Assembly: GCA_004211975.1 (NCBI GenBank)
Contig: RXIK01000114.1
Location: 1 to 57,853 of the forward strand
Reading direction: 5' to 3'
DNA from: Methanosarcinales archaeon
Lineage (GTDB): Archaea > Halobacteriota > Methanosarcinia > Methanosarcinales > Methanogasteraceae
DNA length: 57,853 bases
Shown one piece after another: positions 47,985 through 56,425 of the stretch. A program made the position numbers and the translations under genes. Within the stretch, counting starts at the first letter, position 1. Each line of letters opens with the position of its first letter. The notes below the pieces were generated by a model that saw only the letters and a list, made by a program, of their open reading frames with translations, had not been told where the DNA came from and searched no databases.

Positions 47985-49082
47985 TCAGTATATTGGCTCA
48001 AGATCATCTATATGGGCAAACGCACCATCAAGCTGTTTCTTTGACTGTTCTCGCTTGTCCATCTCAAAACGAATCGCATCCGCGGCGTCAGCATATATTC
48101 TCTCAAGTTCAGGCACCGAATTAAGAGTAAACAGCGATAACACCTTAGGTCTACCTTTTTTAATAAGAACTCCTTTGAAAACCTGCCCAACATCCGTAGA
48201 AAGCTCTTCAACAGTCTTGGTGATCAGATCAAGATCAAGATATTTCTTGTCGCCCTTGATGATCAACATCGCACGGGCACCTTCGTTGTACACGTTTGTG
48301 GGGAACAGAAGCCCACTTGGTTTGAAACTCCCAAGAATCGCGGACTTGATCGTGCCATCCTTGCCTGCCTCGTAGTAGCCCATGGTCCCGATACCGATTC
48401 CGCCATTCATCACGGTCTTCAGGTCGCCAAGATCGGTGACCATCAGCATCTCGCTATTGAGTGCCTCGATCAGGAATAGCACCCGCATTGCGACTGAGGT
48501 GTTGATCTTGTCATAAGCGGACTTGATGTCGCCTGCGTATTTCTTCAGATACTGGTTGTCCACAAGCAGTATCCCGTTAGGACTCTCAGCGACTAACTCC
48601 CGTATGCAGAAAGCCGTGTTCTGCAGGAAGATGGAGCCTTCTTCCCTGAACGGAAGTACCGCGATACAGATGATCTGGGCATTGTATGCTTTCTTCAGTT
48701 CTTTCACAAGAAGCGGCGCAAATGATGACCCGCTTCCACCCGCGGTGGATGTGACGATAAATATAAGCTCAAACGACCCTCTTTTGTCGATTTCACTCAT
48801 AATCTGCTCTTTATTATCGTCAAAAACCTTTTTTCCAAGTGTGCGGTTCGCGCCGACGCCGTGCAGGTGTGGGACGTGAAAACGGTCTTTCGCACGTGTA
48901 TCTGTCAGACCCTTCAGGTCATTGATCGCGGTGTTGATTGCGATTGTCTTGACCGAGGCTGGAAACTTCTGACGCGAGTAATATTTTGCAAACGTGCCGC
49001 CGCTTCCGAATGCTTCGTGATTAACCGCATCAAGCACCCGGTTTCCACATTGTCCGAGTCCGAGAATGAGTATGTTCAGCAT
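47985..49082 (-). CDS. CetZ-like tubulin/FtsZ-superfamily GTPase, paralogue A
   Basis: T1 GLGQCGN; INTAINDLKGL; HGVGANRTLGKK; T4-like TAGGSGSS; LPFREEGS; QNTAFCIREL; LLVDNQYL; T7-like VTDLGDLKTVMNGG; ARAMLIIKGDK. 365 aa, acidic C-terminal peptide ...HIDDLEPIY. Confidence 0.8.
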   Translation of the reverse strand: MLNILILGLGQCGNRVLDAVNHEAFGSGGTFAKYYSRQKFPASVKTIAINTAINDLKGLTDTRAKDRFHVPHLHGVGANRTLGKKVFDDNKEQIMSEIDKRGSFELIFIVTSTAGGSGSSFAPLLVKELKKAYNAQIICIAVLPFREEGSIFLQNTAFCIRELVAESPNGILLVDNQYLKKYAGDIKSAYDKINTSVAMRVLFLIEALNSEMLMVTDLGDLKTVMNGGIGIGTMGYYEAGKDGTIKSAILGSFKPSGLLFPTNVYNEGARAMLIIKGDKKYLDLDLITKTVEELSTDVGQVFKGVLIKKGRPKVLSLFTLNSVPELERIYADAADAIRFEMDKREQSKKQLDGAFAHIDDLEPIY

Positions 49083-49098
49083 ATTATCTGTCTCTTAC

Positions 49099-50292
49099 CT
49101 AAAATGAATATTCTCTGCGTCGTTTTATGAGCCATAACAGTATTAAGACTATCGGAATTGCTGCAAGAATATATATGTAATATTTATCAAAACCTGACAG
49201 CTCTGCCCAGAACTCCGCGCTCGCGCTCGCTTCCGCATCAGCCCACAGCACATCCATCTTAATTATATGTTTTCCAGGCTCGTAAGCGATCATCGTGACA
49301 TCATACTCCACAAAGTCACCAGGCTTGATTGATTCGTACACCGGATCTATCTCGCCATCCGCCACACGCACATCATCCGGCAGATGGCTCTTGATGGTGA
49401 CCCTGCCACTGGTGGCGTTTCCGATGTTATCGATCCTGATGATTGCAGGAAACCTGTCGCCACAGGTTATGACGTCGTCGTCAGACTCAATTGTGACCTT
49501 GATCCCAAGTTCCGGAACCAGAACCTCCTCTGCCACGATCACGAGCACGTTGCTTGTGGACTCGGACGAATACGATGCGCCTGACTCGCTCTTGTAATTC
49601 AGCAGAGTCGGGTTCAGTTCATACGTCCCTGGCTCTGCATCGATGATTTTAAGGTCATAACTGACCCGTTCGGTCGCACCTGCTGCGATGTCATTAAGGC
49701 TGGCGGGGCAGCCCTCCATATACGCCCCCGTAATAGTGGATTCGTCCAGCTCAATCTCTGATGCAGTCCCGTTCCCCTCGTTCTTGATCTTGAATGTGAC
49801 CTTCACCGTCTGCCCCTGCTGCACACTGGCTATATCAAGCGTTCTGGTGATCTTAAGTTTCGGGACTGTAACAGCATCAGCCACCTCTTCCAAATCTTCT
49901 TCAGTCTCTACGTCGTAGTAGTCGGTTACACGCCAGTTCGAGGGTCCTGATACGCTGAACTGCACGGAGTCACTGTACACTCCGATCACATCGAAGTAGA
50001 TGGACGTACCACGGTACGTCTCATATTTATTAACTTGCGGACCGTCTTCTCTAAATACCGTAATCGTTCTTTCCGGCTTCTGGTAGCTTGTTATGCGAAA
50101 CTTTGCACGTTCGGGCGGGATTCTATTCACATCGACGACCTCGATATGGATACTGGTTTCAATTGTTATGCCCTCGTTGACCTGCAACTCGTTATCAAAT
50201 ATGTAACTATCATTCCCGGAAGCAACGACTACCGGAATCAGCAACATAAACACAAAAATAGTTGCGATTACCAAAATCCTGACGCTATTCAT
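49099..50292 (-). CDS. Type-I surface membrane protein: signal peptide, 3 beta-sandwich ectodomains (2 CARDB/COG1361-like), C-terminal TM helix, 8-aa basic tail; partner A
   Basis: MNSVRILVIATIFVFMLLIPVVVASG signal. CARDB-like GQTVKVTFKIKNEGNGTASEIELDE and FPAIIRIDNIGNATSGRVTIKSHLP. TM YYIYILAAIPIVLILLWLI plus tail KRRREYSF. The stop lies 16 nt before the CetZ-like ATG. Confidence 0.7.
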   Translation of the reverse strand: MNSVRILVIATIFVFMLLIPVVVASGNDSYIFDNELQVNEGITIETSIHIEVVDVNRIPPERAKFRITSYQKPERTITVFREDGPQVNKYETYRGTSIYFDVIGVYSDSVQFSVSGPSNWRVTDYYDVETEEDLEEVADAVTVPKLKITRTLDIASVQQGQTVKVTFKIKNEGNGTASEIELDESTITGAYMEGCPASLNDIAAGATERVSYDLKIIDAEPGTYELNPTLLNYKSESGASYSSESTSNVLVIVAEEVLVPELGIKVTIESDDDVITCGDRFPAIIRIDNIGNATSGRVTIKSHLPDDVRVADGEIDPVYESIKPGDFVEYDVTMIAYEPGKHIIKMDVLWADAEASASAEFWAELSGFDKYYIYILAAIPIVLILLWLIKRRREYSF

Positions 50293-50310
50293 TGGTATCA
50301 GATTGCCGGT

Positions 50311-50333
50311 TTATATTTTATAAACCTTGCGAA
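50311..50333 (-). promoter_or_regulatory. Candidate BRE/TATA promoter box of module A (duplicated with module B)
   Basis: ttatattttataaaccttgcgaa (coding-strand sense ttcgcaaggtttataaaatataa) lies 19-41 nt upstream of ATG 50292. 20 of 23 positions are identical to 52858-52880. Confidence 0.5.
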
Positions 50334-50421
50334 CAAACGATGGCGCTCACGCCAGCACTGTGGTTGACCGGTGTGTTTTTAGGGTTGTATGGTGTTGATC
50401 CGGGCGGATCAACATTGGGGG

Positions 50422-51519
50422 TTAGTAGATTGGCTCAAGTTCCTCGATGCAAGCGAACGCATTATCCAGCTGTTTTTTCGACTCTTCGCGTTTGACTTTC
50501 TCTGTGCGGATTGCGTCTGCTGCGCTGGCGTACAGGCTGTCGAGTTCAGGTATTGAATTCAGGGTAAACAGCGATAAGACCTTTGCAGGACCTTTTTTGA
50601 CGAGAACGCCCTTGAAGACCTGCCCGACCTCTGTGGACAGTTCCTCGATGGTTTTATTGATCATGTCAAGGTCGAGATACTTCTTGTTGCCCTTGATGAT
50701 CAACATTGCACGTGCGCCCTCGGTGTACACGTTTGCGGGAAACAGAAGTCCACTTGGCTTGAAACTTCCGAGAATGGTGGATTTAACCGTGTTGCCATTG
50801 TCAGACTCGTAGAATCCCATGGTTCCAATGCCGACACCCCCATTCATCACGGTCTTCAGGTCGCCAAGATCGGTGACCATCAGCATCTCGCTGTTGAGTG
50901 CCTCGATCAGGAAAAGCAGCCGTCGTGCAGTTGTTTCATTGATCTTGTCGTAAGCGGACTTGATGTCGCCGGCGTATTTCTTCAGGTACTGGTTGTCCAC
51001 AAGCAGTATCCCGTTGGGTTTCTCTTCGATAAGTTCTTTTATGCAGAAAGCTGTGTTTTGCAGTGATATGGATCCTTCTTCCCTGAACGGGAGCACTGCG
51101 ATGCAGACGATCTGGGCGTTGTATGCTGCTTTCAGTTCTTCCACAAGACGCGGTGCAAATGAGGAGCCGCTTCCGCCTGCGGTGGATGTGATGATGAATA
51201 TCAGATCAAACGATCCCCGTTTATCGATTTCACCCATGATCAGCTCTTTGTTATCCTCGAAGACTTTTTTTCCGAGGGTGCGGTTTGCACCAACACCGTG
51301 CAGGTGCGGAACATGAAACCGATCCTTTGCAAGTGTGCATTTCAGCCCTTTCAGATCATTGATCGCGGTGTTGATTGCGATTGTTTTGACCGAGGCTGGA
51401 AACTTCTGGTTCGAATAATATTTTGCGAACATGCCGTTTCCCCCAAACGCCTCGCTGTTGATTGAATCAAGTATCCGGTTACCGCATTGTCCCAGTCCAA
51501 GAACTAGTATATTAAGCAT
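50422..51519 (-). CDS. CetZ-like tubulin/FtsZ-superfamily GTPase, paralogue B
   Basis: Gapless 365-aa alignment with paralogue A (roughly four-fifths identical by eye). Same motifs (GLGQCGN, HGVGAN, TAGGSGSS, VTDLGDLKTVMNGG). C-terminus ...CIEELEPIY. Confidence 0.8.
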   Translation of the reverse strand: MLNILVLGLGQCGNRILDSINSEAFGGNGMFAKYYSNQKFPASVKTIAINTAINDLKGLKCTLAKDRFHVPHLHGVGANRTLGKKVFEDNKELIMGEIDKRGSFDLIFIITSTAGGSGSSFAPRLVEELKAAYNAQIVCIAVLPFREEGSISLQNTAFCIKELIEEKPNGILLVDNQYLKKYAGDIKSAYDKINETTARRLLFLIEALNSEMLMVTDLGDLKTVMNGGVGIGTMGFYESDNGNTVKSTILGSFKPSGLLFPANVYTEGARAMLIIKGNKKYLDLDMINKTIEELSTEVGQVFKGVLVKKGPAKVLSLFTLNSIPELDSLYASAADAIRTEKVKREESKKQLDNAFACIEELEPIY

Positions 51520-51542
51520 ATTACTTCCCCCTCATCTTCTAT

Positions 51543-52793
51543 TTAGTAGGAATACTCCTTATGTCTTCTTATAATACCTACCAATAATAAGCCTATCGGA
51601 ACTGCTGCCAGAATATGCGGGTAATATGTAGCCAGACTCGATTGCTCTGCCCAAAACTCGGCACTCGCGCTCACCTCATCGTCAGCCCACAGCGCATCCA
51701 TCTTGATCACATGCTTTCCAGGCTCGTAGGCGATCATCATGACCTCATGCTCCACATAATCACCGGGTTTGATTGATTCGTACACCGGATCTATCTCGCC
51801 ATCCGCTACACGCACATCATCAGGCAGATGGCTTTTGATGGTGACCCTGCCACTGGTGGCGTTTCCTGTGTTCATGATTCCAATGGTCACCGGGAACCGT
51901 TCGCCACAGATCATAGTGTTGTCGTCAGACTCGATTGTGATCCCGATCTCAAGTGTTGGCACTTGAACATCTTTTACTGTGACTTTAAGCGTGTTGCTCA
52001 GGGACTCGAACGAATATGCTGCACCTGACTCATCCTTACAGTTTAGCAGGGTTGCGCCCAGTTCATAAGTTCCAGGTGGTGTATTAATGATCTTAAGGTC
52101 ATAACTAACTCTTTCAGTCGCGCCTGCCGCAATATCATCGAGGTTAGACGGACAGTTTTCCTGATATGCTTCTCTGAGTAGCGGTTCGTCCAGTTTGATC
52201 TCTGATGCAGTTCCGTTCCCCGTGTTTTTGATCTTGAATGTGACTCCAACAGTCTCCCCCTGTTCAACATGGTTTCTGTCAAGCGTCCGCGTGATCACAA
52301 GCTCTGGCACAGACACTGTTTCAGCGGCAGACTCCGACTCAGACTCAGTTTTAGCATCTTCAGCTTCATAATAACGGGTTACTCTCCAGCCTTTCGGTCC
52401 GGTAACCATGAGAAGCACGGTCTCGTCATGCACCGAGATCACATCCAGATATATGCAGGCGCCATTATACGTCTCATACTTGGTCGGCATATCGCCCATG
52501 AATACTTTAACCGTCCGTGCAAACGCTCGCGGACTTGATATACAGAACTCTGCCGAGTCAACAATATCTTCCGTTGTGTCAACAACCTCTATTGTTATAC
52601 TGTGCTCGATCTCGACACCTTCACCAACGTTCAGATTCCGCTCAAATATCTGCTCGCCATAATCACTTGACGCAGCGGCAGTCATGATCAGCGAGGATAG
52701 CAGCAGAATAGTTGCAACCACCACCAGGTGGCTTAACCTCAGCATAGTTGGATTATTTTGTTTATTTCTGAGTTGTAGAGTTATATTTGACAC
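51543..52793 (-). CDS. Type-I surface membrane protein, partner B (paralogue of 49099..50292)
   Basis: Signal/anchor MLRLSHLVVVATILLLSSLIMTAAASS (alternative start 52745). CARDB-like GETVGVTFKIKNTGNGTASEIKLDE and FPVTIGIMNTGNATSGRVTIKSHLP. TM YYPHILAAVPIGLLLVGII plus tail RRHKEYSY. The stop lies 23 nt before the CetZ-like ATG. Confidence 0.7.
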   Translation of the reverse strand: MSNITLQLRNKQNNPTMLRLSHLVVVATILLLSSLIMTAAASSDYGEQIFERNLNVGEGVEIEHSITIEVVDTTEDIVDSAEFCISSPRAFARTVKVFMGDMPTKYETYNGACIYLDVISVHDETVLLMVTGPKGWRVTRYYEAEDAKTESESESAAETVSVPELVITRTLDRNHVEQGETVGVTFKIKNTGNGTASEIKLDEPLLREAYQENCPSNLDDIAAGATERVSYDLKIINTPPGTYELGATLLNCKDESGAAYSFESLSNTLKVTVKDVQVPTLEIGITIESDDNTMICGERFPVTIGIMNTGNATSGRVTIKSHLPDDVRVADGEIDPVYESIKPGDYVEHEVMMIAYEPGKHVIKMDALWADDEVSASAEFWAEQSSLATYYPHILAAVPIGLLLVGIIRRHKEYSY

Positions 52794-52857
52794 CCCCGGT
52801 AAAGAATCAATTCAATGAAGAACCAATTCAGCAGCCCCGCACATATATCTAAGTATC

Positions 52858-52880
52858 CTATATCTTATAAATCTTGCGAA
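52858..52880 (-). promoter_or_regulatory. Candidate BRE/TATA promoter box of module B
   Basis: ctatatcttataaatcttgcgaa is the paralogue of 50311-50333. It lies 65-87 nt upstream of ATG 52793. Confidence 0.45.
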
Positions 52881-53220
52881 GACTATTGGGTGCCACATCA
52901 GTTATTGCGTTGGGTTGTAGCCTTGTTGGTGGTGCGGTTGGATAAACCCGAATATAGTGTGAGATCTCTTGAATGAATCTTGCTCTTTGGCAAATAAGAT
53001 TTAATATGTGTCTATCTGTGAAATCGGTGGCTGATAAAAGATTTTACAACTCACCTGAACTGATTCGCGGGATCTTACGTAACCCTATATGGCGGGACCG
53101 TCATGAAAAAAACGCGCCGGTATACTCCGGAGGTTGCAAGGAGGCAGACGCTGCCCCCTCGCGATTTTTTATTGTTTTTCTCGGGTTTTAGGATGGAATT
53201 ATCTTGTGTGGTGCTATCAA

Positions 53221-53403
53221 TCAAAAAATGGTTCCAGGTAGTTCTGTTAATATCAGATATATAACAAAACCAATAAACCCGATCAGCAGTATTCCTGCAC
53301 CGGCAACCTTCGCAATCATTATAAACTCTTCTCTGCTCGGCTTTCTCGCCAGTTTGAGTACTCGCGTATACTCACCAAGTTTGATCGAATCAGTCAGCGA
53401 CAT
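53221..53403 (-). CDS. secE: Protein translocase subunit SecE (Sec61 gamma)
   Basis: 60 aa. KLARKPSREEFIMIAKVAGAGILLIGFIGFVIYLI gives a single C-terminal TM. Classical position 3 nt downstream of archaeal ftsZ. Confidence 0.85.
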   Translation of the reverse strand: MSLTDSIKLGEYTRVLKLARKPSREEFIMIAKVAGAGILLIGFIGFVIYLILTELPGTIF

Positions 53404-53406
53404 TGT

Positions 53407-54519
53407 TCAGCACACGAAGTCGATGCCGTATTTTCTGACGACACTTGGTCCGGTAGATCCACCTCTACCGTAGATCTGTGGCGATTTGACGCCAGTTACC
53501 ACGAGCATAGTGCGCACCGTGTTCTCGAGCGCCGGGTCGATCTGCGCCCCCCATATCAGACGTGCGTTCGGATCGATTCGCTGATAAACTTCTTCAACGA
53601 CGCCTTCTGCATCTGATACGGTCATGTCGGATCCGCCAACCACGTTCACGAGTGCCGCATTTGCGCCAGAGATGTCTACATCGAGAAGCGGACTTCTGAG
53701 TGCCTTTTTCACCGATTCTGTCGCTTTGTTCTCGCCCTCTGCCTCGCCAAGCCCGATCATCGCAACGCCACCCTTCTGCATGATTGTTCGCACGTCTGCG
53801 AAGTCGAGGTTGACCAGCCCTGGTTTTGTGATCAGTTCGGTTATTCCCTTGACCGCTCGCATCAGAACCTCATCGCATACCTTAAAAGCCACCTGTAATG
53901 GGAGTCTTGGCACCACTTCCATCAGCCGGTCGTTTGGAACGACGATTACGGTGTCAGATACTTCCATCAGCCGTTTAAGTCCTGCTTCGGCATTGCTTCG
54001 TCTGATTGAACCCTCTGCCGTGAACGGGAGTGTTGCGATCGCGATTGTGAGTGCGCCAGCGTCCTGCGCGGCTTTTGCAACGACTGGAGCAGCTCCGGTG
54101 CCTGTGCCGCCACCAAGCCCGCATGTGATGAACACCATGTCGGTGCCATCCACGATCTTCTGGATTTCGTCCAGGTTTTCCTCGGCAGAGGCTTCCCCGA
54201 TCTGTGGCATACTGCCTGCACCCAGTCCTTTCGTGGTTTTGTGGCCGATCAGCACCTTCTGGCCGGCATTGATGTACAGCAGATGCTGGGCATCGGTGTT
54301 TATGGCGCACAAGTCCGCGCCGCTGATACCGTCCTCCATCATCCGCTGGACTGTGTTTGAGCCACCGCCACCGCATCCTACGACCGCGATGTTGGTCTTG
54401 AGTTCTGACAGGATCTTCTCAAGTTCCTGATCGGTCTCGATTGACTGATCCTGCAGGTATATTGGCGAGTCTACTGGTATTTCCGCCCGAGATAATGCGT
54501 CTTCGACTATGGATTTCAT
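53407..54519 (-). CDS. ftsZ: Cell division GTPase FtsZ
   Basis: [14 protein letters not shown] (T1), [15 protein letters not shown] (T4), [11 protein letters not shown] (T7). GGAGG lies 8 nt upstream of the ATG. Confidence 0.95.
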   Translation of the reverse strand: MKSIVEDALSRAEIPVDSPIYLQDQSIETDQELEKILSELKTNIAVVGCGGGGSNTVQRMMEDGISGADLCAINTDAQHLLYINAGQKVLIGHKTTKGLGAGSMPQIGEASAEENLDEIQKIVDGTDMVFITCGLGGGTGTGAAPVVAKAAQDAGALTIAIATLPFTAEGSIRRSNAEAGLKRLMEVSDTVIVVPNDRLMEVVPRLPLQVAFKVCDEVLMRAVKGITELITKPGLVNLDFADVRTIMQKGGVAMIGLGEAEGENKATESVKKALRSPLLDVDISGANAALVNVVGGSDMTVSDAEGVVEEVYQRIDPNARLIWGAQIDPALENTVRTMLVVTGVKSPQIYGRGGSTGPSVVRKYGIDFVC

Positions 54520-54821
54520 GATTCAGCCTCCGGTTAGTAGTTATATATTAATTGACGCCTTGTGGTATTTAAATGTAATTGTAGGTCAAGCGGGGCATCA
54601 TTTTGGTGCTGACCCCTCTTCCGGGGCAGAAGTTTGGCATGAGGACCTGTAAGCTATGGTGAGCATGGACCTGAAACGTACAATTGGAGCAAGCCAGTTC
54701 AGAAGTCAGGACGACTTGCAACCGCTAAAAAACGCAGGGCATCTAACTTCCAATGATTAATTCGTGTCATTCGCACTATTTCAGATAATTTGGGTATTCA
54801 TATTGAAAATGGTGGGTATCA

Positions 54822-55865
54822 TCACGATGCGCGCCTTGTAAATAGGTATACAAGCAGCACCACACCCGTGCTCACCATCCAGCCAAACCCGGGAGTGGAC
54901 TTGCCTTCATCGCCTGCACCGGTGTCCGCGCCAGCATCAGTCCCTGATTGCCCTGTATCTGTAGCGGCGGATCCGGCTCCAACGGCTGGTGGCACCGATA
55001 CCACGGTGTTTCCATTGTACACCATCTTCGTTCCGTCAGGGCTCCAGTGTGGGTCGCGTTCCCTGCCCTCTGTTGCAGTGGTGAGTCTTAGCTTGCCGGT
55101 TCCGTCCACATTCACGATATACACCCGCTCAAGCTTATCCTCATTGAATGAAACATAAGCGATCCTTGTCCCGTCGGGACTATAACTTGGGGAAAACTGC
55201 TTCTCTTCGATGTCTGGCATCAGTTCCCTCTTGCCTGTGCCATCCACGTTCACAATAAAGATCTTATCAAGATTATTGTTAACATTGAATGAATGGTAGG
55301 CGATCTTTGTTCCGTCAGGACTGAAATCAGGGGTAAATTGTTTCTTTGAGTCATCCGGCATCAGCTCCTCTGCACCGGTCCCGTCGATGTTCGCGATATA
55401 GAGTTTCTCCTTGCTGCCCAACTGCCTTGATATGTAAGCAATCTTCGTCCCGTCAGGGCTAATATCAGGGCTCCACTGTTTCTTTGAGTCATCCGGCATC
55501 AGCTCCTTTGCATCGGTTCCATCCGCATCCACCACATGAATCTTTCCATTTCCCTGTTTGTTAAATGAGATATAGAAGATCTTCTTTCCATCATGACTCC
55601 AGTCAGGAGTAAACTCTTTTTTCTGTATATCCGGCATTAACACGGTTGCACCAGTACCGTCTGCCTTTGAAATGAACAATTTATCTTTTCCACCCGCATC
55701 AAAATCCGCGAAAACAATCCTGGCGCCATCCGGACTAAATGAACCGTCCGGCTTGATTGAACAGTCGTATTCATCATATACTGCCGCAGACACACACTGT
55801 GACAGCGCCATTACTGTAAACACCAGTAACAGTGTTGTTATTCTTATTATTTGCATGTGAATCAC
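54822..55865 (-). CDS. Secreted PD40/TolB-like beta-propeller protein with PGF-CTERM archaeosortase sorting signal
   Basis: Signal peptide ...ALSQCVSAA. Six SPDG[TA][KR]I[AV][YF]-type PD40 repeats. Ser/Thr/Gly/Ala linker, then TPGFGWMVSTGVVLLVYLFTRRAS (PGF + TM + basic end). Confidence 0.8.
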   Translation of the reverse strand: MIHMQIIRITTLLLVFTVMALSQCVSAAVYDEYDCSIKPDGSFSPDGARIVFADFDAGGKDKLFISKADGTGATVLMPDIQKKEFTPDWSHDGKKIFYISFNKQGNGKIHVVDADGTDAKELMPDDSKKQWSPDISPDGTKIAYISRQLGSKEKLYIANIDGTGAEELMPDDSKKQFTPDFSPDGTKIAYHSFNVNNNLDKIFIVNVDGTGKRELMPDIEEKQFSPSYSPDGTRIAYVSFNEDKLERVYIVNVDGTGKLRLTTATEGRERDPHWSPDGTKMVYNGNTVVSVPPAVGAGSAATDTGQSGTDAGADTGAGDEGKSTPGFGWMVSTGVVLLVYLFTRRAS

Positions 55866-55927
55866 CTCTGTTTATGTTGAGCTGTACTGTATGCCGCACA
55901 AAATATGGTGCATTGTATCTGTATATA

Positions 55928-55998
55928 TGCGGCTGCCGGGATTCGAACCCGGGTTATAAGCTTGGGAAGCTCATGTCATACCACTAAACTACAGCCGC
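55928..55998 (-). tRNA. tRNA-Gly (anticodon CCC)
   Basis: The reverse complement reads GCGGCTG TA GTTTAGTGGTATGAC A TGAGC TTCCCAA GCTTA TAA CCCGGG TTCGAAT CCCGG CAGCCGC A. 7-bp acceptor stem, anticodon loop TT-CCC-AA. Confidence 0.9.
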
Positions 55999-56425
55999 AG
56001 ATGCCGCGGGGTATGTACTATCATAAGAGTGTACTGATGCAACCACTTTTATACCTTTTGGTGTGCCGTTTCGGCGGACCTACGTTTGCGCGGACACTCA
56101 CAGTAATGCTCTTTGTAATGGTGCCTCGTTTAACCGTGGTGGTGCCAGGCTGCCTCACAAAAGAGCAAACAGCAAACTATGCACGGCAACGGCATAAACT
56201 GCGCTTTTTGCAGGACCGATCCAACCATGAATACACAGCAACCAATGCCCACGATGCCACCGCAACATGATTATCAATACATAGCCCTCTTCTTTGCGTC
56301 TTTACGTTCTCGATTTAACACGAATACACAAAGTCGAGAGCGACACAAAGTGTCCACCGAAAAATAACCCATCGAAATCAACCCCTCCCACGCACACCAG
56401 AATCTCTTGATAATATAGGATAATT

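Noticed and set aside
47985-49082. Calling the 365-aa GTPases eukaryote-like tubulins or artubulins because of the GQCGN T1 loop
   Set aside because: The rest of the motif order (HGVGAN block, LPFxEEG, FtsZ-like T7 DLGDLKTVM, ~365-aa length, no tubulin-type C-terminal helices recognisable) fits CetZ-like proteins better. A phylogeny is needed to settle the question.
53624-54430. 268-aa plus-strand ORF
   Set aside because: It is antisense to canonical ftsZ and is a shadow ORF.
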